Positions 40,506 through 49,360 of a DNA stretch of 64,000 bases are shown piece after piece. Both the position numbers and the translations under genes were made by a program. The notes beneath the pieces are model-generated. The model searched no databases. It worked only from the letters and a program-made list of their open reading frames with translations, and was not told the origin of the DNA. Every line of letters starts with the position of its first letter. Position 1 is the stretch's first letter. The stretch is from Candidatus Thorarchaeota archaeon. Its GTDB lineage: Archaea > Asgardarchaeota > Thorarchaeia > Thorarchaeales > Thorarchaeaceae. The stretch covers positions 2,868-66,867 of the forward strand of contig JAGXKG010000005.1 of the NCBI GenBank assembly GCA_018335335.1. The letters run 5' to 3'.

Positions 40506-41387
40506 ATGATAGGCGCTCTCATAATTGCTCTAAGAGAGGGATTGGAAATAGCACTAGTGGTAGTTATCATGCTAGCCTATCTTCGGAAATCGAATCAGTC
40601 AGCAATGAATGTGTACGTTTTTTCGGGCCTTGTCCTAGCAGGAATCACGAGCCTTCTGATTGGAGGGGGAATAGTGGCAATCTGGGGAAGTGTAGAGGAA
40701 GTGGTACTGGAAATCTTCGAGGGTGTGCTTGTTGTCATTGCATCTCTTCTACTGACGACCATGATTGTTTGGATGAAGAGAAAAGGAAAAGAGATTTCAT
40801 CAGACATTGAAGCATCAATAGAAGGTAAACTGCAGACCGAGGGGAGATGGGGACTTGCACTGTTGAGCTTCGCTCTGGTCCTCCGAGAAGGGGTAGAAAT
40901 CGTGCTATTCACAGCAGCATTGGTAATTCGCGAAGGGTATCAGACGTACATTGGCCTCACTCTTGGGCTTGTTCTTGCAGCAGGCATAGGCATAGGGATC
41001 TATCGAGGTTCTCTCGAAATAAGGTTCAGAACGTTTTTCAAATGGACATCTGCGTTCCTCATCCTATTTGCAGCAGGAATGCTTGCATATGGCATACATG
41101 AATTGCAGGAAGCAGGTTTTCTTCTTATTGGTCCTCTCGAGATATGGAACATAAATCCGCCCGCGTTACCGGGAGGGGCAGTCCACCCATTACATGAAGA
41201 TGGTTTTATCGGGGGTCTGGCAAAGAGCCTTTTTGGATACAACGGGAATCCATCTGCTTTGGAAGTTGCATCGTATCTGTCCTATATCCTAGTTATGGGA
41301 ATCTATTTCTTCAAAAAGAGAGAAAAGGATTCTGTTCCATCAGTCTCCAAGGACTTGAAGGATGAAACCCCATCCAAGCGTCTCTAA
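40506..41387 (+). CDS. FTR1-family high-affinity iron permease
   Basis: Two REGLE-type motifs (ALREGLEIALV and VLREGVEIVLF). The ATG at 40506 is the preferred start. Confidence 0.8.
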   Translation: MIGALIIALREGLEIALVVVIMLAYLRKSNQSAMNVYVFSGLVLAGITSLLIGGGIVAIWGSVEEVVLEIFEGVLVVIASLLLTTMIVWMKRKGKEISSDIEASIEGKLQTEGRWGLALLSFALVLREGVEIVLFTAALVIREGYQTYIGLTLGLVLAAGIGIGIYRGSLEIRFRTFFKWTSAFLILFAAGMLAYGIHELQEAGFLLIGPLEIWNINPPALPGGAVHPLHEDGFIGGLAKSLFGYNGNPSALEVASYLSYILVMGIYFFKKREKDSVPSVSKDLKDETPSKRL

Positions 41388-41395
41388 TGATTCTA

Positions 41396-41686
41396 CTATC
41401 GGCGCTGAGGATGATACTTCAAATGCATCCCGCCGTCAATGAGTTTCACATTGAATGGGAATAGGCCAATCCGATCACCGTCTTCTATTGGGTCAGATAG
41501 TCTTGCGAGTTTTCCATTGATGAAACAATCGCCTATCTCACTCGCATCCAAATCCAATTTCAACAGGAGATCCCCAAATGTCTCGCCAGGTTTGACTTCT
41601 TTTTCTAGTACAGTGTTTTCGCTTGCCTTGCTCCGAGATACGAGAGAACGCAATCTACCGTAGAGTCTGATACTAATCATACACAT
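41396..41686 (-). CDS. MoaD/ThiS-like beta-grasp (ubiquitin-like) protein with residues after a Gly-Gly
   Basis: MISIRLYG..., ING....SDPIEDGDRIGLFP is typical of MoaD/ThiS. A GG occurs 10 residues before the stop (..LIDGGMHLKYHPQRR). Confidence 0.5.
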   Translation of the reverse strand: MCMISIRLYGRLRSLVSRSKASENTVLEKEVKPGETFGDLLLKLDLDASEIGDCFINGKLARLSDPIEDGDRIGLFPFNVKLIDGGMHLKYHPQRR

Positions 41687-41822
41687 TGTTATTCTCTGGA
41701 GACAAATAATCTCTATCATATGGAGGCCGATCTTCAAGCGCCTCTTCAAGAAGCTTACCTGGACTGATTGGACCCAGATATGAAGTGAAGGACAGGCTCG
41801 AAGTTGCGCAAATAGTCGTATG

Positions 41823-41844
41823 ATTTAGAACACGTGTTCTAAAT
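41823..41844. promoter_or_regulatory. Perfect 22-bp palindrome ATTTAGAACACGTGTTCTAAAT, candidate operator
   Basis: Read directly from the sequence. It lies in the 141-bp spacer upstream of the MoaD-like gene. Confidence 0.45.
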
Positions 41845-41890
41845 ATTTGCGGGATTCAAACTATCCGAGTGCGACGGTATTCAGTTCACT

Positions 41891-42271
41891 TTACTCCATG
41901 AAGTATTCTTTGACTGCGGGGATATTCAAGTAAACCAATGACAAAATACAGAGAATAATGCCTTCCAACCATAAGAAAGAGAAAGCATAGAGCACTATAC
42001 CAATCAGATTCAAAATAATTGCATAGTTCCACATTTCATCTTCAACATTCCATAGTCCTCTAGCAACCCAGAGGGCAGCCACAGCCACAACGAACCCAAG
42101 CGCGGAAAGAGCGTCTTCCCACCAAGCTAGACCAAGTGCAGCTGCAGCTAATCCCACCATTGCGTTAGCTATCAGTAGAAAAACTGCAATCGTAACTTCT
42201 TTTGGTCTATCGGATTCTTTCTGCTCAGGTTCTTCAACAGCAATCTCCGTCATGATACGATTCACCTTCAC
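41891..42271 (-). CDS. Small membrane protein
   Basis: Three to four TM helices; ORF only. Confidence 0.45.
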   Translation of the reverse strand: MKVNRIMTEIAVEEPEQKESDRPKEVTIAVFLLIANAMVGLAAAALGLAWWEDALSALGFVVAVAALWVARGLWNVEDEMWNYAIILNLIGIVLYAFSFLWLEGIILCILSLVYLNIPAVKEYFME

Positions 42272-42410
42272 ACAAATATTCAGGTCTTACTAATGTGAGT
42301 TTCGCTTTTCTGGGAGTCATAGAGAGGGTCGTATCCCATTCTACTGGCGTCGAAGTTATTTCTTAAATTGCGAATGCGGACAGTTCAGCTCCTAGTGGAG
42401 AGGCATAGAA

Positions 42411-42968
42411 ATGGTCACAGATATTAGAGGATACCATGCGAATGATTTGGTGGTGTGTCGCGGTTTGTGGCATGAACTGACCGAACATCATCAAGAAATC
42501 TACGACGATTCATCAATTGGAGGGGAAACCCCTGGTCATCTCTTCGATGAACATCTTGCCAACGTCGGTGTAGATAGGGTTTGGGTTGCGGAGAAGAAAG
42601 GCAAAATCGTTGGGATGGTTTCCTTGCAAGACTCAGAGGGCGGCTTGGAAATCGAGCCAATCATCGTAAAGAAAGGACATCGTGGAGAAGGAATAGGAGA
42701 GAAACTCCTTCGATTTGCAATACAAAAGGCAAGAGAACTCGGTGTCCGATACCTTATGATTCGACCGGTGATGAGGAATTGGGATGCTATCCGAAAGTTT
42801 CATCGGGAAGGGTTCGTCAACATAGGGCGGATCGAGCTTTTCAAAGATCTGAGGGGGATGAATGGCAAGAAGGACCATCTCTGTTTGGAGTTCAATTCAG
42901 GTATTGATGCCGTCTCACCAGTGGTCTGGCGACCGAATTTCCGAAAGGGTAGTCTTCCAGTGATTTAG
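42411..42968 (+). CDS. GNAT N-acetyltransferase
   Basis: IIVKKGHRGEGIGEKLL acetyl-CoA motif. Confidence 0.75.
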   Translation: MVTDIRGYHANDLVVCRGLWHELTEHHQEIYDDSSIGGETPGHLFDEHLANVGVDRVWVAEKKGKIVGMVSLQDSEGGLEIEPIIVKKGHRGEGIGEKLLRFAIQKARELGVRYLMIRPVMRNWDAIRKFHREGFVNIGRIELFKDLRGMNGKKDHLCLEFNSGIDAVSPVVWRPNFRKGSLPVI

Positions 42969-43898
42969 TACTTGATTTGTCTCTTGAGCAATATGTTCAA
43001 TCCTAGTCAAGGTTGTATCGGGTAAGTCGCGCTGTTGTTCAGCCTTACATGCTGCCAAGATACGATTCAAGTGCTTGACAGGCTGCTTTGCTCTTTCACC
43101 CCAGTCCCATACTGTGCACCAATGCTCTGATAGATATTCTCCATACGTTTCTACGGCTTGCATCCGGGAATCCGGCAATGCTATCGTTCCGGGATGTAAC
43201 CATAGCATATCAGTACCATTTGGAGCTACCCCGAAAATGGCATTGGAATAAAACTGATACACAGGAATGCCGATATTCTCACAGTAGCGACTGATTCGCG
43301 CCGCCCCTGCAACACCACCAGCAATGGAATAGATAAGGATAGCCCTGATGTTGGAACTCTGTTGCAGAGTAGTATGAATCATTCGTTCCATGGTTCCTCC
43401 GGTGGCAATAGTATCTCCAATCAACACAATTGCATCTGAAGGCATGGCTTCGTAATTTTGGTATGATAGGTCTGTAATCCATCCCTCTGCGGTCTTTATT
43501 CTCTGAGCCCCAACGAAACAGCGATTGAGAGTCTCACTGAACAGGGTCTGGAACGCCTGTGTCATACGATAGTACAAGGCACCAGCAAGAGGTACGATTT
43601 CTGCAATCTGCTCCAGGGTTGCCTTTCGAAGTTCGGGGCAGATTTCAAAAGCAATACGAAGAAAATCAGTACTAGCAATCTGTGCGCTTCTTGCGAGATT
43701 TGCACCAACAATCCAAGGTGACAGCAATATCTTGAGAGAGCTGTCTGATTCTATGATGAATGTGTTATCAAGCAAGTGTTCGCTTCGCACACGGTACGCT
43801 TGATGCCGCAAGTCATCGGTATATTCCGTTTTTTCTAATTCAACATTCTTCCTGATTGACTGTTGATCGACCAATGTCCTTCCCCTATTCAGGCACAA
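42915..43898 (-). CDS. Divergent type-I phosphoribosyltransferase-fold protein (UPRTase-like core with extra N/C regions)
   Basis: PRPP loop AIVLIGDTIATGGTM, plus an upstream VPLAGALYY segment like the UPRT VPILRAG. Confidence 0.55.
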   Translation of the reverse strand: MCLNRGRTLVDQQSIRKNVELEKTEYTDDLRHQAYRVRSEHLLDNTFIIESDSSLKILLSPWIVGANLARSAQIASTDFLRIAFEICPELRKATLEQIAEIVPLAGALYYRMTQAFQTLFSETLNRCFVGAQRIKTAEGWITDLSYQNYEAMPSDAIVLIGDTIATGGTMERMIHTTLQQSSNIRAILIYSIAGGVAGAARISRYCENIGIPVYQFYSNAIFGVAPNGTDMLWLHPGTIALPDSRMQAVETYGEYLSEHWCTVWDWGERAKQPVKHLNRILAACKAEQQRDLPDTTLTRIEHIAQETNQVLNHWKTTLSEIRSPDHW

Positions 43899-44047
43899 AT
43901 GTGTGATTGGTTCAAATGACTTTTGTTAAAGCGTGGATTGCGTTTTCCGTTCTCTGCAGGAAGCATGTAACAAAGCGTTTCGATGTAGAATATTCCACAA
44001 TCTATTCGTAAAATGGATAGTCCAGCCTTTCAGGCACATCTGAAATC

Positions 44048-44188
44048 ATGGCTGAGAAGTTGCGGGAATACGATGATGTAGGGGTTGACCTCATGTCGGT
44101 CTGCTTGCCGTGGGTGGGCAAGAACATCATGGACAGTAGATTAAGAACTATAGAAATCATCAAAGATCAGGTCATGCCTTTGCTCTAA
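44048..44188 (+). pseudogene. Remnant of the C-terminal end of an LLM-class oxidoreductase
   Basis: The 46-codon ORF MAEKLREYDDVGVDLMSVCL......EIIKDQVMPLL matches the typical LLM C-terminus (..vaekLreyaeaGvD.l.l......e.f.eeVmP.l). There is no upstream body. Confidence 0.35.
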
Positions 44189-44224
44189 TCGGCATTTAAA
44201 TCCAACAATCCATCATTCTTTTGA

Positions 44225-45376
44225 TTAATTCTTGTCTGTCGAGGTCATGGCAGCTTTGATTTCCTGCAGTTGTTTCCTCTTTCGTTTCCTGAGATTACGT
44301 ACTCTGCGTTCAGCATAGCCACTAGAATCACAGTCCAATTGCTCCAAGAGGTGGAGAATCTCATCGGGAGGTCGTTTTTCAAGCAAACGGAGGATACGGT
44401 GTGTTTGACGATAACCGGTTCTTCTAGTCTTCATAATCATTTCACCGATTTCTTTACCTGCGAGACTTGCCAAAGCATTGAGCGAGCTTCTTCCCCAGTT
44501 TCCTCTACGCTGAGTGAAAGGTAGGAGATATTCAGCTGACGAAGGGTGGCCAATCATTTCTAATGCATTCATAATTTTTACAGCTGTATAGTACAGCTTT
44601 GTGTCGGATAGATAACGATGAAGCCATGGTAGGAATCTCGAGTCCGCATGATCCCTGACAAAGGTTGCAGATTTCCGAACAGCTTGTTTGCCTCTGTAAG
44701 TCAGCATTCTAAGAATATGCCAGAGAATATCCTGTGTGTTGGAAGTGCAATTTTCGAATCCGGATATACGACCACCCAGCTGTAGTGGTGTCCGCTTAAT
44801 GGTTATCTCCGCTCCCATCTCATCTATAATTTCACTCATAGCCCCCTTCATACGTTTGAATCCCTCTCGACGATTTGAAGTCAACGAGCCACACCTCGTA
44901 AGAACTGAATAACCATAAGCCGTCCCCACCATATCTCTAACAGTACACTCAGATGGAAGGTCAAGAATCTCCTCCTTTCTCGCGTCGAGTATATCAGGTA
45001 TCAAAACTGCAAAGGGTCCACTTGACATAGCATCAATATCAAGGAGATATGTATTCTTCTTCTGAATCATCTCTTGCAGGATTTCATCTGCAATATCAAG
45101 ACAAGATGTTCTGACCTCGGCAAGGGATTCCCCGTCTACATCGTCGTTTTCCAGTAGAGATTCATAATCAGTATCAATTCCGCCAACGCTATGCAATCCC
45201 AAGAGGTGCAACACCGCATCACGAATTCGAGGTCGGGCGATTTTATGGTCTCTTACGAGAAAGATCTTTTTGACACTCAACCAACCCCACTGAGCTATCT
45301 CTTGCTCTACCAGCTGATCGAGAAAATCATAACGCCGCCATCTTGCTGCATTCAGAATGTGTTCATCACGTTCCAC
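44225..45376 (-). CDS. Hypothetical helical-repeat protein
   Basis: ORF only; basic C-terminal tail (RKRKRKQ). Confidence 0.45.
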   Translation of the reverse strand: MERDEHILNAARWRRYDFLDQLVEQEIAQWGWLSVKKIFLVRDHKIARPRIRDAVLHLLGLHSVGGIDTDYESLLENDDVDGESLAEVRTSCLDIADEILQEMIQKKNTYLLDIDAMSSGPFAVLIPDILDARKEEILDLPSECTVRDMVGTAYGYSVLTRCGSLTSNRREGFKRMKGAMSEIIDEMGAEITIKRTPLQLGGRISGFENCTSNTQDILWHILRMLTYRGKQAVRKSATFVRDHADSRFLPWLHRYLSDTKLYYTAVKIMNALEMIGHPSSAEYLLPFTQRRGNWGRSSLNALASLAGKEIGEMIMKTRRTGYRQTHRILRLLEKRPPDEILHLLEQLDCDSSGYAERRVRNLRKRKRKQLQEIKAAMTSTDKN

Positions 45377-45855
45377 TTTTTGCTCCCCCAGTAAGTATCC
45401 TACTGCATGATAAAAACGCCAATAGAAAATGTAAAACTTCCGAGTGGGGGGTAGAAAGCGATGTTTTCTGATTGGTGTCGGAAGTCAGCAGCATAGAAGA
45501 CTAACAATTCGCTTTCACCATCATATTCCCATCGATATCTTTCCACGGATTTCAAGCATCACAGATATGAACATGACAACCACAACCGGTATCAATACAA
45601 CCTCATCGTCCAGTACTGACGGAATCATTGTTTGGAATCGTACTGCCATATTGTTTATGGTAGGCGGCGCATTGTCCTGTTATGTGTCATAGTCACATTG
45701 AGAAAACGAAAGCCAGAGTAGCAGTATCTACCTTACAACACCCATTCTTAGTGTCTTCTAACTGAGGGCTTATTAGAATACTAACAAGAGGACCGACACT
45801 TGTTGAGCTGTGATTTACAGTACAAAAATCGTTCAAAGCGGCAAGGAAAGGAGTA

Positions 45856-46446
45856 ATGACGATGGATTTGAAAGGGACAGAAACGGGGAAGAATCTGCTT
45901 ACATCTTTTGCTGGAGAAAGCCAAGCGAGAATGAGATACACGTTTTATGCGAGTCAGGCCAAGAAGGAGGGTTTTCCCCACATCGCAGATGTTTTCCATG
46001 AGACTGCTAATCACGAGAAGGAGCATGCGGAACGATTCTTCAAATTCCTGAAGGAAGGAGGAGCAACTCCAATGTTGAAAGTTGATTGGGAATTCCCCTC
46101 AGGCCCGCTTGCAAGCACAGAAGAGAATCTTCGAGCTGCTGCAGAAGGTGAGAAGTACGAGTTCTCCGAGATGTATCCGGGGTACGCGGATATTGCGGAG
46201 GAAGAGGGTTTCAGCAGGATTGCATCTGCATGGAGGATGATTGCGAAAGCTGAAACGTGGCACCACGAGCGCTACATAGCACTTGCCGAGCAACTCAAGG
46301 ATGGTGCACTTCTCAAGCGAAAGGAGAGTATTGAGTGGCGCTGTTCTAACTGTGGTTATCGACACGAGGGGGATACCCCACCAGCAAAATGCCCTGCCTG
46401 TGATCATGACCAGGCTTACTTCATGGTGCATTACACCAGCTACTGA
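45856..46446 (+). CDS. rbr: Rubrerythrin
   Basis: Diiron four-helix motifs (GESQARMRY, EKEHAE, GEKYEF, E..H.ERY) plus a C-terminal rubredoxin-like CSNCGY...CPACDH. Confidence 0.9.
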   Translation: MTMDLKGTETGKNLLTSFAGESQARMRYTFYASQAKKEGFPHIADVFHETANHEKEHAERFFKFLKEGGATPMLKVDWEFPSGPLASTEENLRAAAEGEKYEFSEMYPGYADIAEEEGFSRIASAWRMIAKAETWHHERYIALAEQLKDGALLKRKESIEWRCSNCGYRHEGDTPPAKCPACDHDQAYFMVHYTSY

Positions 46447-46533
46447 TGGAATGCCAGCAAAAAGAACCTAGATTGCTAGACAGAGCCCTTCAAGGGCTCT
46501 AGCTTTCTTCTTTTTCGGAATCTTTGCATAAAC

Positions 46534-47403
46534 TCACGTTGAGGAGACTAAGGAGCTAGAAGACCGGCCATTCCGGGGAGAGCCAAGCTTGTCCAACATG
46601 GCGTCTATCAGGTGAGACCGTTCAGAGGGGTCTTGCATTTCAAGTGCTGTTAACGGAATCGTATCTATGCCCAAGATACTACTAACACGCTCGCCTGTAA
46701 GTGCAGCAGCACGATCCTGTTTATTTGCAACGCCCAAAAGAGCTGCATCACCGGTCCAAGAACGGGCATGCGGAATCATTTTTCTAGACCATAATACCCT
46801 TTCAAGGGTACTATCCGTTGTGACAAGAACAAGCTGAGAACCTCTAAGATAGGTTGGCCACAAACTGCGGAATCTGGGCTGTCCACCAATATCCCACAAA
46901 ACAATGCCTGTCCCACTCCCAATAAAACCACCGGGTACAGGTCTCACTTCGACACCGATGGTAGAGACGTACCTAAGCGGGATACGTTGCTTGAGTAGCA
47001 TCCGGGAAATTGTGGTTTTCCCAACACGTGGCTGCCCAAAAATCGCGATTTTAATCTGTTGACTCAAAACGATGCTTACTGCTTTCTCCATCACCTTATT
47101 GATTGGGATTACATCAATTTCACGGACACAGCGCTCCCAAATCTTCGTAAGCACTTCTTCCAAAGTAGCAACATCATCAACTATGGGAGATACTGTAATG
47201 AGTGAGTGTTCTTCATCAGCAATATAGCTGACACGTCGATTGCCAAGGTTGAGATGGTCACGAAACGAATGCTTTTTCCCCCCTATTATTTCAGAAAATG
47301 CGCTCAGGAATCTCTTCATGGAATCGCCTAGTTCTGCCACGCCAAAGATTTCTTTTGCAAGCAGGTCACCATAACTGTTGAATATGAGCAGCGCTTCAAT
47401 CAT
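46534..47403 (-). CDS. Roadblock/LC7-like N-terminal domain fused to an Arf/Sar-like small GTPase
   Basis: G1 GQPRVGKT, G3 WDIGGQPRFRSLW, G4 ANKQD. The N-terminal ~110 aa (MIEALLIFNSYGDLLAKE...) has a Roadblock/MglB-like pattern. The ATG at 47403 is preferred over the TTG at 47427. Confidence 0.8.
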   Translation of the reverse strand: MIEALLIFNSYGDLLAKEIFGVAELGDSMKRFLSAFSEIIGGKKHSFRDHLNLGNRRVSYIADEEHSLITVSPIVDDVATLEEVLTKIWERCVREIDVIPINKVMEKAVSIVLSQQIKIAIFGQPRVGKTTISRMLLKQRIPLRYVSTIGVEVRPVPGGFIGSGTGIVLWDIGGQPRFRSLWPTYLRGSQLVLVTTDSTLERVLWSRKMIPHARSWTGDAALLGVANKQDRAAALTGERVSSILGIDTIPLTALEMQDPSERSHLIDAMLDKLGSPRNGRSSSSLVSST

Positions 47404-47427
47404 TGATAGCCCTACAACACCAATCAA

Positions 47428-48120
47428 GTGGAGAAAAAGGATATATTTAGTGGAGAAAAATCATCACCCAATCTATTTCGGGCACTTGGTGAAGTGAATG
47501 GAGATGAGAAATTGCTCGTTCAAATCATAGTGGTATTGTTGGTCGGCCTCAGCTTAGGCGCATTTGTTACCCATTTCTATTATACCAGTACCAGTCTGTC
47601 AACTACAAGTCTGCCAACAAGCAATGAATCAACTATAGGTGGCAATGAAGACAACTGGGGGATTGGAGGCATTTCAGTTGTTGAAGTGTCAGTCTCGGAA
47701 CAAGATCTCAAAAACATCCTTACGGAAATTGAATCCTGGAAGAAGAAACAGCTTGAAAGATTCTTCGGCAATTTTCTTAGGGAAAGAGAAATAGATATAC
47801 TTGAGGCTCTAGCAAAGGCATTCGTAGTGGATGGGCAACCTAAGCACAGCCATTTGAAGGAGATATCCAAAGGTTGGATGAATAGACATCAGATTCATTT
47901 GGAAAGCGGAGTATCACGAAAAGTGATTTACAAGCGCGCAGGAGTTATGGATCGTCTAACAACAGTTGGACTGGTGCTTATGACGAAGAGAGGTACATGG
48001 GGCCGCGGGAAATACGAGTATCGTCTTAATACAGAGAATGCATTTGTTTCCACTTACGCAGGAGCAGTTCTTAGAGCATTGTCTTATATCTATTCCCTAT
48101 CACTCGAATCCCAAGAGTGA
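47428..48120 (+). CDS. Single-pass membrane protein with a C-terminal wHTH-like domain
   Basis: One TM helix (LLVQIIVVLLVGLSLGAFV), a Ser/Thr-rich linker, and a C-terminal helical segment (EIDILEALAKAF...VIYKRAGVMDRLTTVGLV). The start codon is uncertain. Confidence 0.4.
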   Translation: MEKKDIFSGEKSSPNLFRALGEVNGDEKLLVQIIVVLLVGLSLGAFVTHFYYTSTSLSTTSLPTSNESTIGGNEDNWGIGGISVVEVSVSEQDLKNILTEIESWKKKQLERFFGNFLREREIDILEALAKAFVVDGQPKHSHLKEISKGWMNRHQIHLESGVSRKVIYKRAGVMDRLTTVGLVLMTKRGTWGRGKYEYRLNTENAFVSTYAGAVLRALSYIYSLSLESQE

Positions 48121-48125
48121 GATAC

Positions 48126-49103
48126 CTATCGACTGTTTCCCCGTCCAAATTCAACATCAAGCACTACATGGAGCTGTCTTGGTGCATAGCTCTTTACTTC
48201 GCGTTTTGACAGGATTCTTTCTATATGATATCCAGCCTCATCAGAATACTCCTTAAGAAGGCCTATAGGTGCCTCGAAGAGCTCCGATTCATAGAAGACA
48301 TCATGATAGTGGATGATACCACCATGTTTCTTGAGAATTTGGAAAGCAGCCGGCAGGAATTCATAGGTGTCAGGCAGATATCCCATAACAATGCGGTCTG
48401 CAGCACTATTTAGCTGAGTTGTATAGTCTCTACAGTCACCAAAAAGGGGTGTAAGGACGTCTTGAACATCATTTAGTTTGATGTTCTCTTTCAAGAAGTC
48501 AAAACTCGCCGGATTGATCTCAATAGCATAGACCCGAGATGGTTTTCCCAAGACCGCAATTGGAATCGAGAAATATCCTATGCCGGCAAACATATCGACG
48601 ACTGTTTCTGATTCGCCAACTCTCTTGGCAATCCGCGCGCGTTCAGTAACGTTTCCTTTCGCGAACATCACTTCAGATATATCGAGTCTGAATAGACACC
48701 CATTTTCTTTATGCACCGTAACGGTGCTTGGTTCACCTGCAATAACTTCGATTTTAGGCAGGCGCATAGCACCGGATATTCCACCTATTTTCTGACAAAC
48801 CGTCCGTACATTGGGGATAACTTCGAGAGTAGTTTCTCCAATCAACAATCGATAATCCTCAGCTTCAGATTGGAGGTTCAATATGAGGATATCACCGATA
48901 CGTTGATAGCCAGACGGCAGAGCTTCTAAATCTCCTTTCGGAAGTCTGGGCGCTAGCTTTTCCTTAAGCACATCTTTGAATGGTTTGTCCATATCTACCC
49001 AAGTAGATACTCCTTTCTCCATGATAAAAAAGTTGTATTGTGGAAGGAAGTAGGGTGATAATGAGTAGGATTCTAGGAACTGCATCACACTATGAATCGG
49101 CAA
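48126..49103 (-). CDS. Trm5/Taw2-family (Met-10+) tRNA methyl/aminocarboxypropyl transferase
   Basis: VVDMFAGIGYFSIPIA and VYAIEINP motifs. The start is probably internal. Confidence 0.8.
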   Translation of the reverse strand: MPIHSVMQFLESYSLSPYFLPQYNFFIMEKGVSTWVDMDKPFKDVLKEKLAPRLPKGDLEALPSGYQRIGDILILNLQSEAEDYRLLIGETTLEVIPNVRTVCQKIGGISGAMRLPKIEVIAGEPSTVTVHKENGCLFRLDISEVMFAKGNVTERARIAKRVGESETVVDMFAGIGYFSIPIAVLGKPSRVYAIEINPASFDFLKENIKLNDVQDVLTPLFGDCRDYTTQLNSAADRIVMGYLPDTYEFLPAAFQILKKHGGIIHYHDVFYESELFEAPIGLLKEYSDEAGYHIERILSKREVKSYAPRQLHVVLDVEFGRGNSR

Positions 49104-49360
49104 TTTACTTATATTAATTCAGAATGTTATGAATTTTGTATAATTATGATGACCGTCTGCGGGGAGACGATTTTGCCTTCTTGGATTGGTGGCATCAGTG
49201 AATGTGATACTATTGATTAGTTCAACGGGAACTCTAGATACGACTGACTTCTGGTATCCAGCAAGCAGAGAGAGTTCCAACTCCGGAACTACAACCATGG
49301 AATCAAATCACGTCAACGTACCTTGTAGTATTGAAGAAGGCAACCTCATGCAGAGAGATA

